DNA of 43,495 nucleotides from a virus: UHGV virus genome UHGV-0404561; one strand, 5' to 3'. Shown piece by piece: positions 26,435 to 35,312 of this stretch (position 1 is its first letter; each line of letters starts with the position of its first letter). The notes under the pieces were generated by a model. It saw only the letters and a program-made list of their open reading frames with translations, ran no database searches and was not told where the DNA came from. The position numbers and the translations under genes were made by a program.

Positions 26435-26879
26435 CTCCCTTTGATCTCCGGCTCTCTGGTTTGGCAGTAGAGCCGCCGCTTGCTGGAAACGAATTTATCT
26501 TGTCCAGAATCTCATTGTATTTGTCAAAAAGGTCCTGGTACTCTTTACGGGTAACATACATATCATTCATGGCAGCTTCCGGTTGTTTCTGTGGCATTCT
26601 GCCGTTTATTTCGTGGTACTCAAATACGCGTAAAGGTTGCGGCATGCCGGATACATCCGTTGACTTGATGTAAAACCGCTCCGCTTCGCTGTCCATCAGC
26701 AGTACGCATGATCCGGGCGCAACAAGGTAAGACTTTGCCCCAGTCTCTCCCTGCACCCAGAGTATTCCTTGGTTATTTGTCGGTGCCATCGGCTGCGGGA
26801 TGGGCTGATATTGGTTCATCTGCGCCATACGATCCTGATACGGCTGGTATGGCTGATACATGTTCGGATATGCTGCCAT
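26415..26879 (-). CDS. Protein with Tyr/Gln/Pro-rich N-terminus (YQPYQPYQ...) and a small beta-rich domain (154 aa)
   Basis: N-terminus AAYPNMYQPYQPYQDRMAQMNQYQPIPQPM, then GILWVQGETGAKSYLVAPGSCVLLMDSEAERFYIKSTDV. The start may be at an internal Met. The 5' end overlaps the ORF 26773-26979. Confidence 0.45.
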   Translation of the reverse strand: MAAYPNMYQPYQPYQDRMAQMNQYQPIPQPMAPTNNQGILWVQGETGAKSYLVAPGSCVLLMDSEAERFYIKSTDVSGMPQPLRVFEYHEINGRMPQKQPEAAMNDMYVTRKEYQDLFDKYNEILDKINSFPASGGSTAKPESRRSKGGAAADE

Positions 26880-27039
26880 GTTCGATTTCCTCCAATTCTT
26901 CCAAAAAGATCAAAATATCGTGGTAATCGGTTTTTATAGGTATCTCTACCTCATCGTCATCGGAAAACATCTTCTTCATGCTTATATTTTGGCATAAAAA
27001 ATAAGCCCCTGACAGTTCGTCAAAGGCTCAATAAAGTAT

Positions 27040-27249
27040 CTATAAAGTTCTACATATGCGAATGATCTTTGAGTTTACCCGGCGGCTGATCCGTTTCGCG
27101 GTGGCAAGGCTCACATTCATGTTTTCTGCGCAGATCTCCATTGGCACGCCTGCGGCTCGGTATTCAAATAAAGCTCTTTCCTCTGGTGTAAAATTCGCAA
27201 GTTGCCGGAAGTGGTTTAGCTCCGGTACTGTAAAATCATACACTTTCAA
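27040..27249 (-). CDS. Small sigma-70 region-4 / LuxR-type HTH protein (69 aa), possible late-gene or accessory-gene regulator
   Basis: FTPEERALFEYRAAGVPMEICAENMNVSLATAKRISRRVNSKI resembles sigma region 4.2 / RinA-ArpU-like HTH. Confidence 0.5.
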   Translation of the reverse strand: MKVYDFTVPELNHFRQLANFTPEERALFEYRAAGVPMEICAENMNVSLATAKRISRRVNSKIIRICRTL

Positions 27250-27260
27250 GATAAGATTTA

Positions 27261-27602
27261 TTACCCCTCACTTTCTATCGGTTCATATGGCAGAGCCAAG
27301 CACCTGTTATAAAGGTCCTCACCTGTTCCATTACCTCCAAGTGCCTTGTATGGCCGAAACATATACTCAAGATTATCTCTGTCTTCCAAGGTACAATATT
27401 TCCTTTTTAAATAAAACGTACAAGCCTGATAAAGCCGATCATGGAGAAGTGCCAGAACTCCCGTATTAATAGCGTTTGTCCTAGCACGTTCCGTCTTCAG
27501 CTGTTTAGCCAATTTGTGATATGCTCGTGAAAGTACTACTGATATAAGCCCAAGCAGCCATGATACCCAGTTTGCTGTTATGTACTGTATAATCATTTCC
27601 AT
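27261..27602 (-). CDS. Membrane protein with one N-terminal TM helix (about 114 aa from MEMIIQY...)
   Basis: ATG at 27602 with strong RBS AAGGAG. TM WVSWLLGLISVVL followed by a basic helical region. Holin/antiholin-like but unassigned. Confidence 0.4.
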   Translation of the reverse strand: MEMIIQYITANWVSWLLGLISVVLSRAYHKLAKQLKTERARTNAINTGVLALLHDRLYQACTFYLKRKYCTLEDRDNLEYMFRPYKALGGNGTGEDLYNRCLALPYEPIESEG

Positions 27603-27612
27603 CGTATACTCC

Positions 27613-28008
27613 TTAGTTATGATCTTTCTCCCAGTAATATATAGGAATTTCTCCTCCACTATCCCAGGTATCGTATATATGGCCGTCCTGCACACAAACA
27701 ACATGGCCATCAATGCAAAGTATGTACGTCCCATGCTGATGCTCCGTGCAAAAATCAGCTACTGTATAGATATTTTGGGTATGATCGTCTATCATATGCC
27801 GTCGATATCCCTTTTCTTTTAGATATGCGCCCCATACGTAATTAGCACTTGGCATATCCGACAGCATACAAGCCTTTACCATGATGCCGGAGAAAACCGT
27901 TTCCCAGTCCTGCCCTGTTGCCTTACAGATGGCCCGGATAACGCAGTCACCTACGCGCTTACCGGCTGGATTCGGATTGTAATACTCCCACTCAACATCA
28001 TATTTCAT
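27613..28008 (-). CDS. Hypothetical protein with conserved Cys...His pattern (131 aa), possibly papain-like fold
   Basis: NPNPAGKRVGDCVIRAICKATG with downstream HGTYILCIDGHVVCVQDGHIYDTWD. Confidence 0.45.
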   Translation of the reverse strand: MKYDVEWEYYNPNPAGKRVGDCVIRAICKATGQDWETVFSGIMVKACMLSDMPSANYVWGAYLKEKGYRRHMIDDHTQNIYTVADFCTEHQHGTYILCIDGHVVCVQDGHIYDTWDSGGEIPIYYWEKDHN

Positions 28009-28012
28009 AGCA

Positions 28013-29230
28013 TTATCCTTTCTTCAAATACGCATATCTTTTTGCCGCTCCTCGCGCCTTTGCCGCCTGTTCTCTTCCCCATTTGGCAATTCTGAGGCGG
28101 TCATCCAGTAGGCGTAAGTCATTGGCTTTGCAAAAATCATTGTACGCCCGGTTCTGCCTCTGTAAAAGATATGACTTTCGATCTAACTCCTCTTGTAGCT
28201 CTATCCTCAGTGCATCATCATTGCAGGTGTCTACAGCCGTTTGCAAGCCCATAACCATTTGCTTTGTCTTTCTGATTCTTCGCTCTAATGCTCGCTGCCT
28301 CTGCTCTAACTTTTCCAGCCTCACATTATCCTCTGTCTCTATATCCTTATACGGGTTGTTTACCCCGTCACCGGGTCCAAAGCTGTGGCGGCAGTTCCAG
28401 CCACTTAACCCTTCGCCTGTCCCGTATCCAGTCACAGAAAATGGCGGGTATCGTTTATCTTGCCCCGTCCTGCTGTAAAACTGTCCTTGCCACCACAAAT
28501 GGTTACCTGGATTCTGCCCGCCGTCTCCCGTTCGCGCCCCAATATGTGCCGACACAAGGATTATATCCCACTCCTGTTCCTTCATGCGCTCCATAGATAT
28601 ATCACCGGCTGCCTGGGCGATTCCCGTACGAACAGCCCGTGCTGTAGCTGTCTCAAGTGTATCTTTGTGCCCTGTTGGATACTGCACCACAACGCCATTC
28701 TGCGATATAGTGTCAACAGCCTCTTTTACAGCCTGTGTGTAAGAGACAGCACCACTCATAACCTTATGATATGCACTATCGCATTCGCTTATAAAAAGGC
28801 TTTGAGCCGCTTCCGCTGTCGTTCTGGTCATGTTTGACCACTCTCCCATAGTAGCCTCATAGTCTCTTTGCAACATTCGCAATAGCACCGGGGACTGTTC
28901 CAACGCTTCTGGTGCAATCCCGGCCGCTTCGTATATGGAGTTATCATAGGCCGCAGCTTTTACGTTTGCATCCTCCATTGCTGAGGCAACTTCTTTTCTT
29001 TGTAAGCGCGTGCGGATAGCGATTTCCTGTGTAATATCTTCCAGCAAGTATCCGGCATCTTGCAATATTTGTAGGCGCCACCGGTCGGAAGAGGTAAATA
29101 TATATTTTTCTCCACGCCCCAGGCGGATCATGACAGCTTCTATGATTCGGCTGATAATATAGTTATGTAGCGAAGATGCTATATCCTCGCTACCCTCTGC
29201 TATTTGTCTCAGATAATTTGGTGTCAGCAT
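28013..29230 (-). CDS. Head morphogenesis protein (SPP1 gp7 / Mu F-like minor capsid protein)
   Basis: Position directly after the portal. The GWNCRH motif region is typical of the Phage_Mu_F family. Coiled-coil C-terminus. Confidence 0.7.
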   Translation of the reverse strand: MLTPNYLRQIAEGSEDIASSLHNYIISRIIEAVMIRLGRGEKYIFTSSDRWRLQILQDAGYLLEDITQEIAIRTRLQRKEVASAMEDANVKAAAYDNSIYEAAGIAPEALEQSPVLLRMLQRDYEATMGEWSNMTRTTAEAAQSLFISECDSAYHKVMSGAVSYTQAVKEAVDTISQNGVVVQYPTGHKDTLETATARAVRTGIAQAAGDISMERMKEQEWDIILVSAHIGARTGDGGQNPGNHLWWQGQFYSRTGQDKRYPPFSVTGYGTGEGLSGWNCRHSFGPGDGVNNPYKDIETEDNVRLEKLEQRQRALERRIRKTKQMVMGLQTAVDTCNDDALRIELQEELDRKSYLLQRQNRAYNDFCKANDLRLLDDRLRIAKWGREQAAKARGAAKRYAYLKKG

Positions 29231-29237
29231 TCCTCAC

Positions 29238-30665
29238 CTACTCCTCTTCAAACAGTCCTTTTTCTTTCGGTTGTGCTTCTTCCACCATTGCTTTTGCGTC
29301 CTCTTCTGTCATACCCTCAAATTTGACAAAATACATCCATGCCGGGACTTTTCCTTGTGCCACATACTGCCACCATCTGCCACGGTCAGCTTCACGATCA
29401 TAAAGGATATCCCCAAAGTCATAGGTGACATCATACGTCCCTACAGGTGATAGGCCGTACAGATCCGCGTACACATTAAGGGCATATATAGTATCATCAA
29501 GGCACGCTTCCAGTTGATCACGCACATCCTTGATAAACTGGACAGTGCGCTGCTGGTCGGCTTCTACACCTGTTGCCGTCTGGATTCCGGAAGACTCATT
29601 AAAAACAAAGTACCCGTTTGCGAATCCGGCTTTGTATCCTATCTGACTTAACAAATGATTGATTCCCTTGATTCTGACATCTGTGTTAAGCTGTGGGTTG
29701 ATTTCCTGATAAAATTCTTTCTGATCATTGCCAAACACGTTTTTTACATAATGTGGCAATCCCTTTGCATCAGCCGGGCCGCGGTGTTTTATACTCTTTC
29801 CGCTTTCGTAAAGCAGACGATCATCAGCCAGAATAATTTTTTGACTGTCAAATATCTCTCCCGCATTCCGGCTGTATGCTATGTCAAGGTCTTTCAGTTC
29901 TTCCACGGCTTCGCGGAATATCGGAAGCCCCAATGGGGACGATATATCTACGTTGTTTGCCTGCGGCGTGCGGAAGATACCGAACATTGGCTTGTCCAGT
30001 GGCTCCCCGGATGCCTTAAGAATCGGCGGTGTGTCCTCCAACATATCGGCCCATTTGGTTTGCGTAAGCGGTATCGGGTCTCCCAGACTTTCCTCCGACT
30101 TAGAAACGTACGCTCGGTTGCTTACATAGTAAGGATAGATCGTCACACCATCCTGCACCGTCTCAACAAATCTGTGATATTCCATACGGGTGTACCATTT
30201 CTTCCCGGACTGGTACGAATCCTTGAAGATAATGCCGCGCACATCAAGATTGTCGTAATCAACAAGCAGCACGTCCGCCGGGGTGAATGCATCCAGGCTT
30301 GTGCCGTTTGGCTTTAAAAACACCGTACCATATGCACAGCCGTACTCCACCCAGTCTCGAAGCTTTGGATAAACTGAATCTATCTGCTGCTGTAGCCATT
30401 CCGCCCGGTCACTGCCTTCCAGGTGTATACCAATTCCAAGAGTTACTAGGCGGGCTGTCTCAGAGCAAAGAGCCTTTGCAAAATTGATAGTTTTAATCCC
30501 TTCATCATCATCCAGCCAATCCGGGTTACCTCTGTAGACCTCGGCGCATTGATTTATGGCTTTTTCCATATCTGGAGATATGATTGTTTCTACATTAAAA
30601 GCATCCTCTGCCTGCCGTTTAAAAATCATGTTAAACCACCTTTTTATCGTTGATAATATTCCCAC
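29238..30665 (-). CDS. Portal protein
   Basis: A 475-aa ORF immediately downstream of the terminase with stop/start overlap. Size and position. Confidence 0.75.
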   Translation of the reverse strand: MGILSTIKRWFNMIFKRQAEDAFNVETIISPDMEKAINQCAEVYRGNPDWLDDDEGIKTINFAKALCSETARLVTLGIGIHLEGSDRAEWLQQQIDSVYPKLRDWVEYGCAYGTVFLKPNGTSLDAFTPADVLLVDYDNLDVRGIIFKDSYQSGKKWYTRMEYHRFVETVQDGVTIYPYYVSNRAYVSKSEESLGDPIPLTQTKWADMLEDTPPILKASGEPLDKPMFGIFRTPQANNVDISSPLGLPIFREAVEELKDLDIAYSRNAGEIFDSQKIILADDRLLYESGKSIKHRGPADAKGLPHYVKNVFGNDQKEFYQEINPQLNTDVRIKGINHLLSQIGYKAGFANGYFVFNESSGIQTATGVEADQQRTVQFIKDVRDQLEACLDDTIYALNVYADLYGLSPVGTYDVTYDFGDILYDREADRGRWWQYVAQGKVPAWMYFVKFEGMTEEDAKAMVEEAQPKEKGLFEEE

Positions 30666-32290
30666 TATGCACTACTCCCCCGTCTTTCCCACAGCGGTTC
30701 CGTTGCATAACGGGCCGCATCAATGAGATGGTTATTTTTATCTGGATAGCCGCTGATAACATTGCCGTCTTTATCACGCTCGTACTCATACTCTTTAAAC
30801 TCTTTGCATGTGTTTGGTGTCCGGTTAGGATCCATAACCAATTTTTTTCCCTGCCACCATTTCATAGAGTATTCAATGCTTCCGGGACCTTTATGCGCCG
30901 CTCTGGAAGGTAATCCAGCATCTCTATAATCTGTAACGGATTTGTTTTCCGCGTTGTCGCACGTGATCACGTAGTCCGTATAACCTCGCTGCTTGATCTC
31001 GTCCGCCGTCCATGTGTTGCTCCGCTTGTTTTCGTACATCTCATCAAGAAAATAGATAGTTTCCCGCGCCGCATCGTAATGCAGTCGCACAAACGCGAAC
31101 TTATCCGGATACCATCCCCAGTCAACGCCCTGATAGATACGATCCATGTGGCTGATTTCTTCGCTCGTGATGGTTCGTTCTTCGATAAATTCGAAGACGT
31201 TGCCGCCGTTTCCGTTCGCTTCACCCATATACTCATTTTCATATGCGCTTGGATTGACCTCTTTTAGATGTTCTGCATCGTTAAGAAATTCCTCTCCCAG
31301 CCAGTCATCAGGGACATCTTTGTATGTGCTTCGCATAACAACGGCGCTCGCGTTTTTAAACTCTGCCTCTACAGTATACTTATTGGCCCAGTTGATCTTG
31401 CTTCTCGGTGGGTTAAATGATTTAAACTTATATGCTTTGTCGCCGCCACGTATAGCGGACTGCTGGATACTTCTAACTTCTTCCGGTCCGGCAAACTGAT
31501 CTAACTCTTCAAACCATACAATACCGATATATCCGAACTTCGGCTTAATTGATTTTATTTTAATCGGATCATCCGCGCCTCGGAAATAGATTTTCTGTCC
31601 GGTTGGCTTATACGTAATCTCAAAAGGAGATTGTTTGAATTTAAACTCTGCATCAATGCCAAGCTTTGAGATCGCCCATTGTAGCTGCGCATACACAGAA
31701 TCTTTTATGGTGTTTCCGACTTTTCGCAGCACAAGCGCATGCATATCAGGATGTTTTTTTATCAGCTCAGGGATAATACATGATATGCAAGACGATTTTG
31801 AGGATCCTCGCCCGCCTGGAAGCACATACTCCGTATGCATGCCGCGCCGGATGTCGCGAATCATCGGGTGGAATACATCCGCCACCACATCAAGATCGAT
31901 GTGATATTCTTTTGCTGCTTTGGCTTCATCTTCTGCCTTCTGCTGTGCTTCTTTTTCTTCTTTTACGGCTATAGCTTTCTCCAAGTCAGACATGGCCTTT
32001 AGCTGTTCGGAAAAAGCCGGAGCGAAGCCGAATGAATCTTTTACTTCCCCCCGTGCGATCATTGCGCGGCGCTTCTGGATGTCAGCAAGAGACATGGTGT
32101 CAGTACCGTTGAGTTTATCCACTTCGGCTTGCTTTTCGGCTATATAGGCTGACACATCAGCATTTTTCAGCAGTCTGTATCCTTCCGCTTCAGGCTTCTT
32201 ATATCCAGCTTTTCTCGCCGCATCAGTTGCGTTCCCGCCATTTTCTATGAAATTTTTTGCGAACGCTTCCCGCTTTGGCGTAAGCCTCAT
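30665..32290 (-). CDS. Terminase: apparent fusion of a small-subunit-like N-terminal domain to the large subunit (ATPase + nuclease), 541 aa
   Basis: N-terminus MRLTPKREAFAKNFIENGGNATDAARKAGYKKPEAEGYRLLKNADVSAYI matches terminase small-subunit HTH. Then Walker A VLPGGRGSSKSS and a PBSX-type TerL body. No separate terS ORF upstream. Confidence 0.8.
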   Translation of the reverse strand: MRLTPKREAFAKNFIENGGNATDAARKAGYKKPEAEGYRLLKNADVSAYIAEKQAEVDKLNGTDTMSLADIQKRRAMIARGEVKDSFGFAPAFSEQLKAMSDLEKAIAVKEEKEAQQKAEDEAKAAKEYHIDLDVVADVFHPMIRDIRRGMHTEYVLPGGRGSSKSSCISCIIPELIKKHPDMHALVLRKVGNTIKDSVYAQLQWAISKLGIDAEFKFKQSPFEITYKPTGQKIYFRGADDPIKIKSIKPKFGYIGIVWFEELDQFAGPEEVRSIQQSAIRGGDKAYKFKSFNPPRSKINWANKYTVEAEFKNASAVVMRSTYKDVPDDWLGEEFLNDAEHLKEVNPSAYENEYMGEANGNGGNVFEFIEERTITSEEISHMDRIYQGVDWGWYPDKFAFVRLHYDAARETIYFLDEMYENKRSNTWTADEIKQRGYTDYVITCDNAENKSVTDYRDAGLPSRAAHKGPGSIEYSMKWWQGKKLVMDPNRTPNTCKEFKEYEYERDKDGNVISGYPDKNNHLIDAARYATEPLWERRGSSA

Positions 32291-32308
32291 TTACTCACCA
32301 TCCTGTCA

Positions 32309-32566
32309 CTACTGCCAACTTTCTAGCGCTTCCCATATCTCTTTCAGTGCCATAACCATATCCACCTGTGATGCCGTCCGGATAATCTCATAATCCCTTG
32401 TCTTCCATTCTCCACGTACATATTGCAATGTAGGTGTGCTCACACTGTACATGGTTATCATCCGGTTCTGATCTGCGCTGTAAAACTGACTTGTGCCTAT
32501 CTTTGTTACAAACTGCTTTGTGAGCAATGCTCTTTGCAGTTTTCTTTGTATCTGGTTAAGGTTCAT
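32309..32566 (-). CDS. Hypothetical protein (85 aa) immediately upstream of the terminase
   Basis: ORF with an RBS. Preceded by the hairpin at 32601-32643. Confidence 0.45.
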   Translation of the reverse strand: MNLNQIQRKLQRALLTKQFVTKIGTSQFYSADQNRMITMYSVSTPTLQYVRGEWKTRDYEIIRTASQVDMVMALKEIWEALESWQ

Positions 32567-32669
32567 ATACTATCACCCTATTTTCATTTTACCTAAACAT
32601 AAATAGAGGTGAATCACCTCGTTTTGCGGTGTCACCTCTATTTACATCATTTGAACTTGCAAGAATTAC

Positions 32670-33206
32670 TTACAAATTTCTACGCTCTTCAACATCCCAA
32701 TCCAGTTTCTGCCCGCACGCCCAACAGAAAGAATACTTACCACCTGTTGTTACCTCTCCAGTGTCGACAAACTGTACCTCGCTCTGATCGGCTTCACAGG
32801 TCGGGCATAACCAGGGTGTTCCATAGCTCTGTTTCCGATACAAAATCTTCTGTGGCTTGTTACGTGCTTCCAGTTCCGCTATGATATAATCTTTCTCGCA
32901 TTCGCTGCATCTTTCGTGTGTAGCTCCAAACGATGCGCCGCCGATGGAGCATTTACTGTATGTCAGCCCCTTGTGGTACTTCTGGCAGTTATGGCGGCTG
33001 CTCAGATATTCGCAGTCCGGCTCGCAGTATTCATTGCTTTTTACATTTTCTGTATTAATTTTTAAGTTCTTTTCCATCAATGCTTTTATAGCTAATCTTT
33101 TTGCTTCCTGGTACTCGCAAACAGTATAACAATTATCCACCTCGTTGATTGGTATATTACCAATAATAACGGCAGCTTCTTCGTATGTCATTGCGCTAGT
33201 TTCCAT
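32670..33206 (-). CDS. Cys-rich zinc-ribbon protein (about 178 aa from METSAM...; coordinates approximate +/-1)
   Basis: Multiple CxxC pairs. C-terminal LCPTCEADQ...FCWACGQKLDW. The track ORF starts at an upstream GTG. Confidence 0.5.
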   Translation of the reverse strand: METSAMTYEEAAVIIGNIPINEVDNCYTVCEYQEAKRLAIKALMEKNLKINTENVKSNEYCEPDCEYLSSRHNCQKYHKGLTYSKCSIGGASFGATHERCSECEKDYIIAELEARNKPQKILYRKQSYGTPWLCPTCEADQSEVQFVDTGEVTTGGKYSFCWACGQKLDWDVEERRNL

Positions 33207-33226
33207 AATATTTACCTGCCTTCCCG

Positions 33227-33463
33227 TTATACATTCACCGCGTCCACATCCTCCATGTTCTCCCAGTCCAACAGAGTGCCACACTTACCGCAATAGGTAT
33301 TCTCATTTTTGTCACTCTCCCATACACATCTTTTCATTGCTCCCATTATAATGCCGCAGATCTGGTTGTATTCATCATAGGTAAGAATACAACCTCTTGT
33401 GATATCACGAATGAGTTCCCGCAGTTTCCGGCACTCCACTGTCGTTATTGTGTTCTCTTCCAT
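33227..33463 (-). CDS. Small Cys-rich zinc-ribbon protein (78 aa), paralogous C-terminal motif to the previous gene
   Basis: CVWESDKNENTYCGKCGTLLDW parallels ...CPTCEAD...FCWACGQKLDW in the neighbouring gene. Confidence 0.5.
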   Translation of the reverse strand: MEENTITTVECRKLRELIRDITRGCILTYDEYNQICGIIMGAMKRCVWESDKNENTYCGKCGTLLDWENMEDVDAVNV

Positions 33464-33472
33464 TATTGCTCC

Positions 33473-34510
33473 TTAAATCTGTACCATTTCCCGGACATTT
33501 CTCAACGTTTCCGGTGTAGACTGCGCATAATACATGCTTGTTACCGCCGGGCTTGCATGTCCGAGGATTTCTTGGATAATACCGATATCAACCTTTCTGT
33601 TTTTTAAATTCATTCCAAGCGTTTTCCTCATTTTATGAGGATATACCGCGCTTTTCACATCCGCTCTCTTTCCAATATCTTTAATTATGACTCTTAAACC
33701 GCATACGCTCATTTTATTGTATGGTGCCCTGGTCTGTGGAAACATGTACGGGCTGCTGTCCGTTCTGCTTTCAAGATATTCATTGTAATAGTGTCTTGCA
33801 TCATCATCAAGGTATAATGTGCGGTATCTGCCGCCCTTCTCCCCTTTGATGAGTATATCTCCCGTTTCTGTATTGATCTGGTCGATTCTGATCTCTGAGA
33901 TTTCTCCAACCCGCGCTCCGGTGCTGCGGAATACCTCAATGATCGCACGCTCTCTTTTTGTGCGGCAAGCGTCACGCATCTGGATAATCTCCGACCGGCT
34001 AAAGTAATCAATTGGCTTTAGCGCAATCTTTTTCGCTTCCGTTGCTTCCACAGGATTTTCATCAATGAGTTTTGATTTTCGCATCCATGTGTAAAAAGCC
34101 GAAAGGAATCGGCGCTCGTTATTGTATGTGCTGTCTTGTACCTTTTCACTTTTTGTTCCTGGGCGTTTCTCGTACTGTGCCAAATACCACTCCACATCAA
34201 ATGTATCTACACTGTCCAACGACTTCCCCATCATGTCAGATAACCTTTTTACAGATCGGATATATCCGCTGATTGTCGCAGGACTGAGCCCGCGCTTTTT
34301 GATCTTGAAAAGTTCCAGTAAATAGCGGTTTCTTTTTTCTACATCTGTTTTCCACTCCGCTGGAAGAGATGTGATTTCCTGCACATTTACCTTTGTAAGC
34401 TCACTCGATACTACACTATCCAGGATTGCAAGTGTGTCCGAATCAGAAATGTAAATCGACATTGCAACAATAATGTTATCAACGATTTCTCTTTTGATAT
34501 TCTGGCCCAT
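33473..34510 (-). CDS. Second tyrosine recombinase (XerC/D-like, about 345 aa from MGQNIKREIV...)
   Basis: ARVGEISEIRIDQ, HKMRKT and LGHASPAVTSMYYAQ supply the R..H-x-x-R..H..Y catalytic residues. ATG at 34510 with RBS GAGGGAGGA. No AP2 arm-binding domain. Confidence 0.85.
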   Translation of the reverse strand: MGQNIKREIVDNIIVAMSIYISDSDTLAILDSVVSSELTKVNVQEITSLPAEWKTDVEKRNRYLLELFKIKKRGLSPATISGYIRSVKRLSDMMGKSLDSVDTFDVEWYLAQYEKRPGTKSEKVQDSTYNNERRFLSAFYTWMRKSKLIDENPVEATEAKKIALKPIDYFSRSEIIQMRDACRTKRERAIIEVFRSTGARVGEISEIRIDQINTETGDILIKGEKGGRYRTLYLDDDARHYYNEYLESRTDSSPYMFPQTRAPYNKMSVCGLRVIIKDIGKRADVKSAVYPHKMRKTLGMNLKNRKVDIGIIQEILGHASPAVTSMYYAQSTPETLRNVREMVQI

Positions 34511-34524
34511 AGTAATCCTCCCTC

Positions 34525-34539
34525 TTGCAGAATCTGCAA
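34525..34539. promoter_or_regulatory. Perfect palindrome TTGCAGA-A-TCTGCAA just upstream of the recombinase RBS
   Basis: Read directly at 34525-34539. Confidence 0.4.
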
Positions 34540-34626
34540 AGGTCTGATACAATGGACCTAAGCAGATCAGATAAGTGGCGGTAACATCTTGGCGGGTGTC
34601 CACCACTTATTTTTTTGTGTCATTGT

Positions 34627-34941
34627 CTAGCTCCCTTTATACTTCCAAAAGCCAAAAAGCTTAAGTCTGTGGTAAAATTCTGCTTTTACTTTCCGCCTAT
34701 ACCCATAAAAATCATCTGCCTTTGCCGGAATATCTCTCCCGCGCCGGATCAGCGTATAATATCCGTCTCCAGTCACCAAGCTATCATACGTTTGGATTTC
34801 AAGCCCTGGCGCTTTTGATATCGCACAGCCAAATAGTATGATTTTTATCTCAGGATCCGGACTCCTGCAATATAGGTCAAGTTGTGATTCGTCCTCTTTT
34901 GGCACGTTATAGTCAGATAACTTAGCCTCTCTTGTTCTCAT
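34627..34941 (-). CDS. Hypothetical protein (104 aa)
   Basis: ORF only. Confidence 0.4.
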   Translation of the reverse strand: MRTREAKLSDYNVPKEDESQLDLYCRSPDPEIKIILFGCAISKAPGLEIQTYDSLVTGDGYYTLIRRGRDIPAKADDFYGYRRKVKAEFYHRLKLFGFWKYKGS

Positions 34942-35262
34942 CTAATCTCCTTCTTCTTTTTTTGCTGTCAGATATATCGTAGACAAATTATAGCCACTCT
35001 GTTTGAGGCGTTTTACAATCTCGTCCCAGTCTTTTAACAAACTTCTCTTTGCTCTGTCTTTTACTGGTTTTTCTTCTTTTTTCTTGGTTACAAGCTTCGA
35101 GCATCCCCAGCAGATCCTATAGTAGCCACCTCTAGCTTTCTTTTGCCCGTTACACCAACCTGTCCCGTTGTCGTAGTAGCATGACATTCTTTTCCCCTTT
35201 CCGCAGCTATCCGGCGCATGGCTGCTATTACGTATTCCATGCCCGGGTTTGTTTTTTTCCAC
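34942..35262 (-). CDS. Cys-rich basic hypothetical protein (106 aa or shorter)
   Basis: CGKGKRMSCYYDNGTGWCNGQKKARGGYYRICWGCSKL, then a basic tail. Confidence 0.4.
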   Translation of the reverse strand: MEKNKPGHGIRNSSHAPDSCGKGKRMSCYYDNGTGWCNGQKKARGGYYRICWGCSKLVTKKKEEKPVKDRAKRSLLKDWDEIVKRLKQSGYNLSTIYLTAKKEEGD

Positions 35263-35312
35263 ATGGCTGTATCTCCGCTAAATTTCAGTTTTACTGCATA
35301 ACGTTATTAATT

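Noticed and set aside
26773-26979. 68-aa acidic minus ORF overlapping the 5' end of the YQP-rich gene (possible frameshifted N-terminus)
   Set aside because: The overlap is about 100 nt in a different frame with no evident slippery site. More likely the downstream gene starts at an internal Met. Not resolvable without data.
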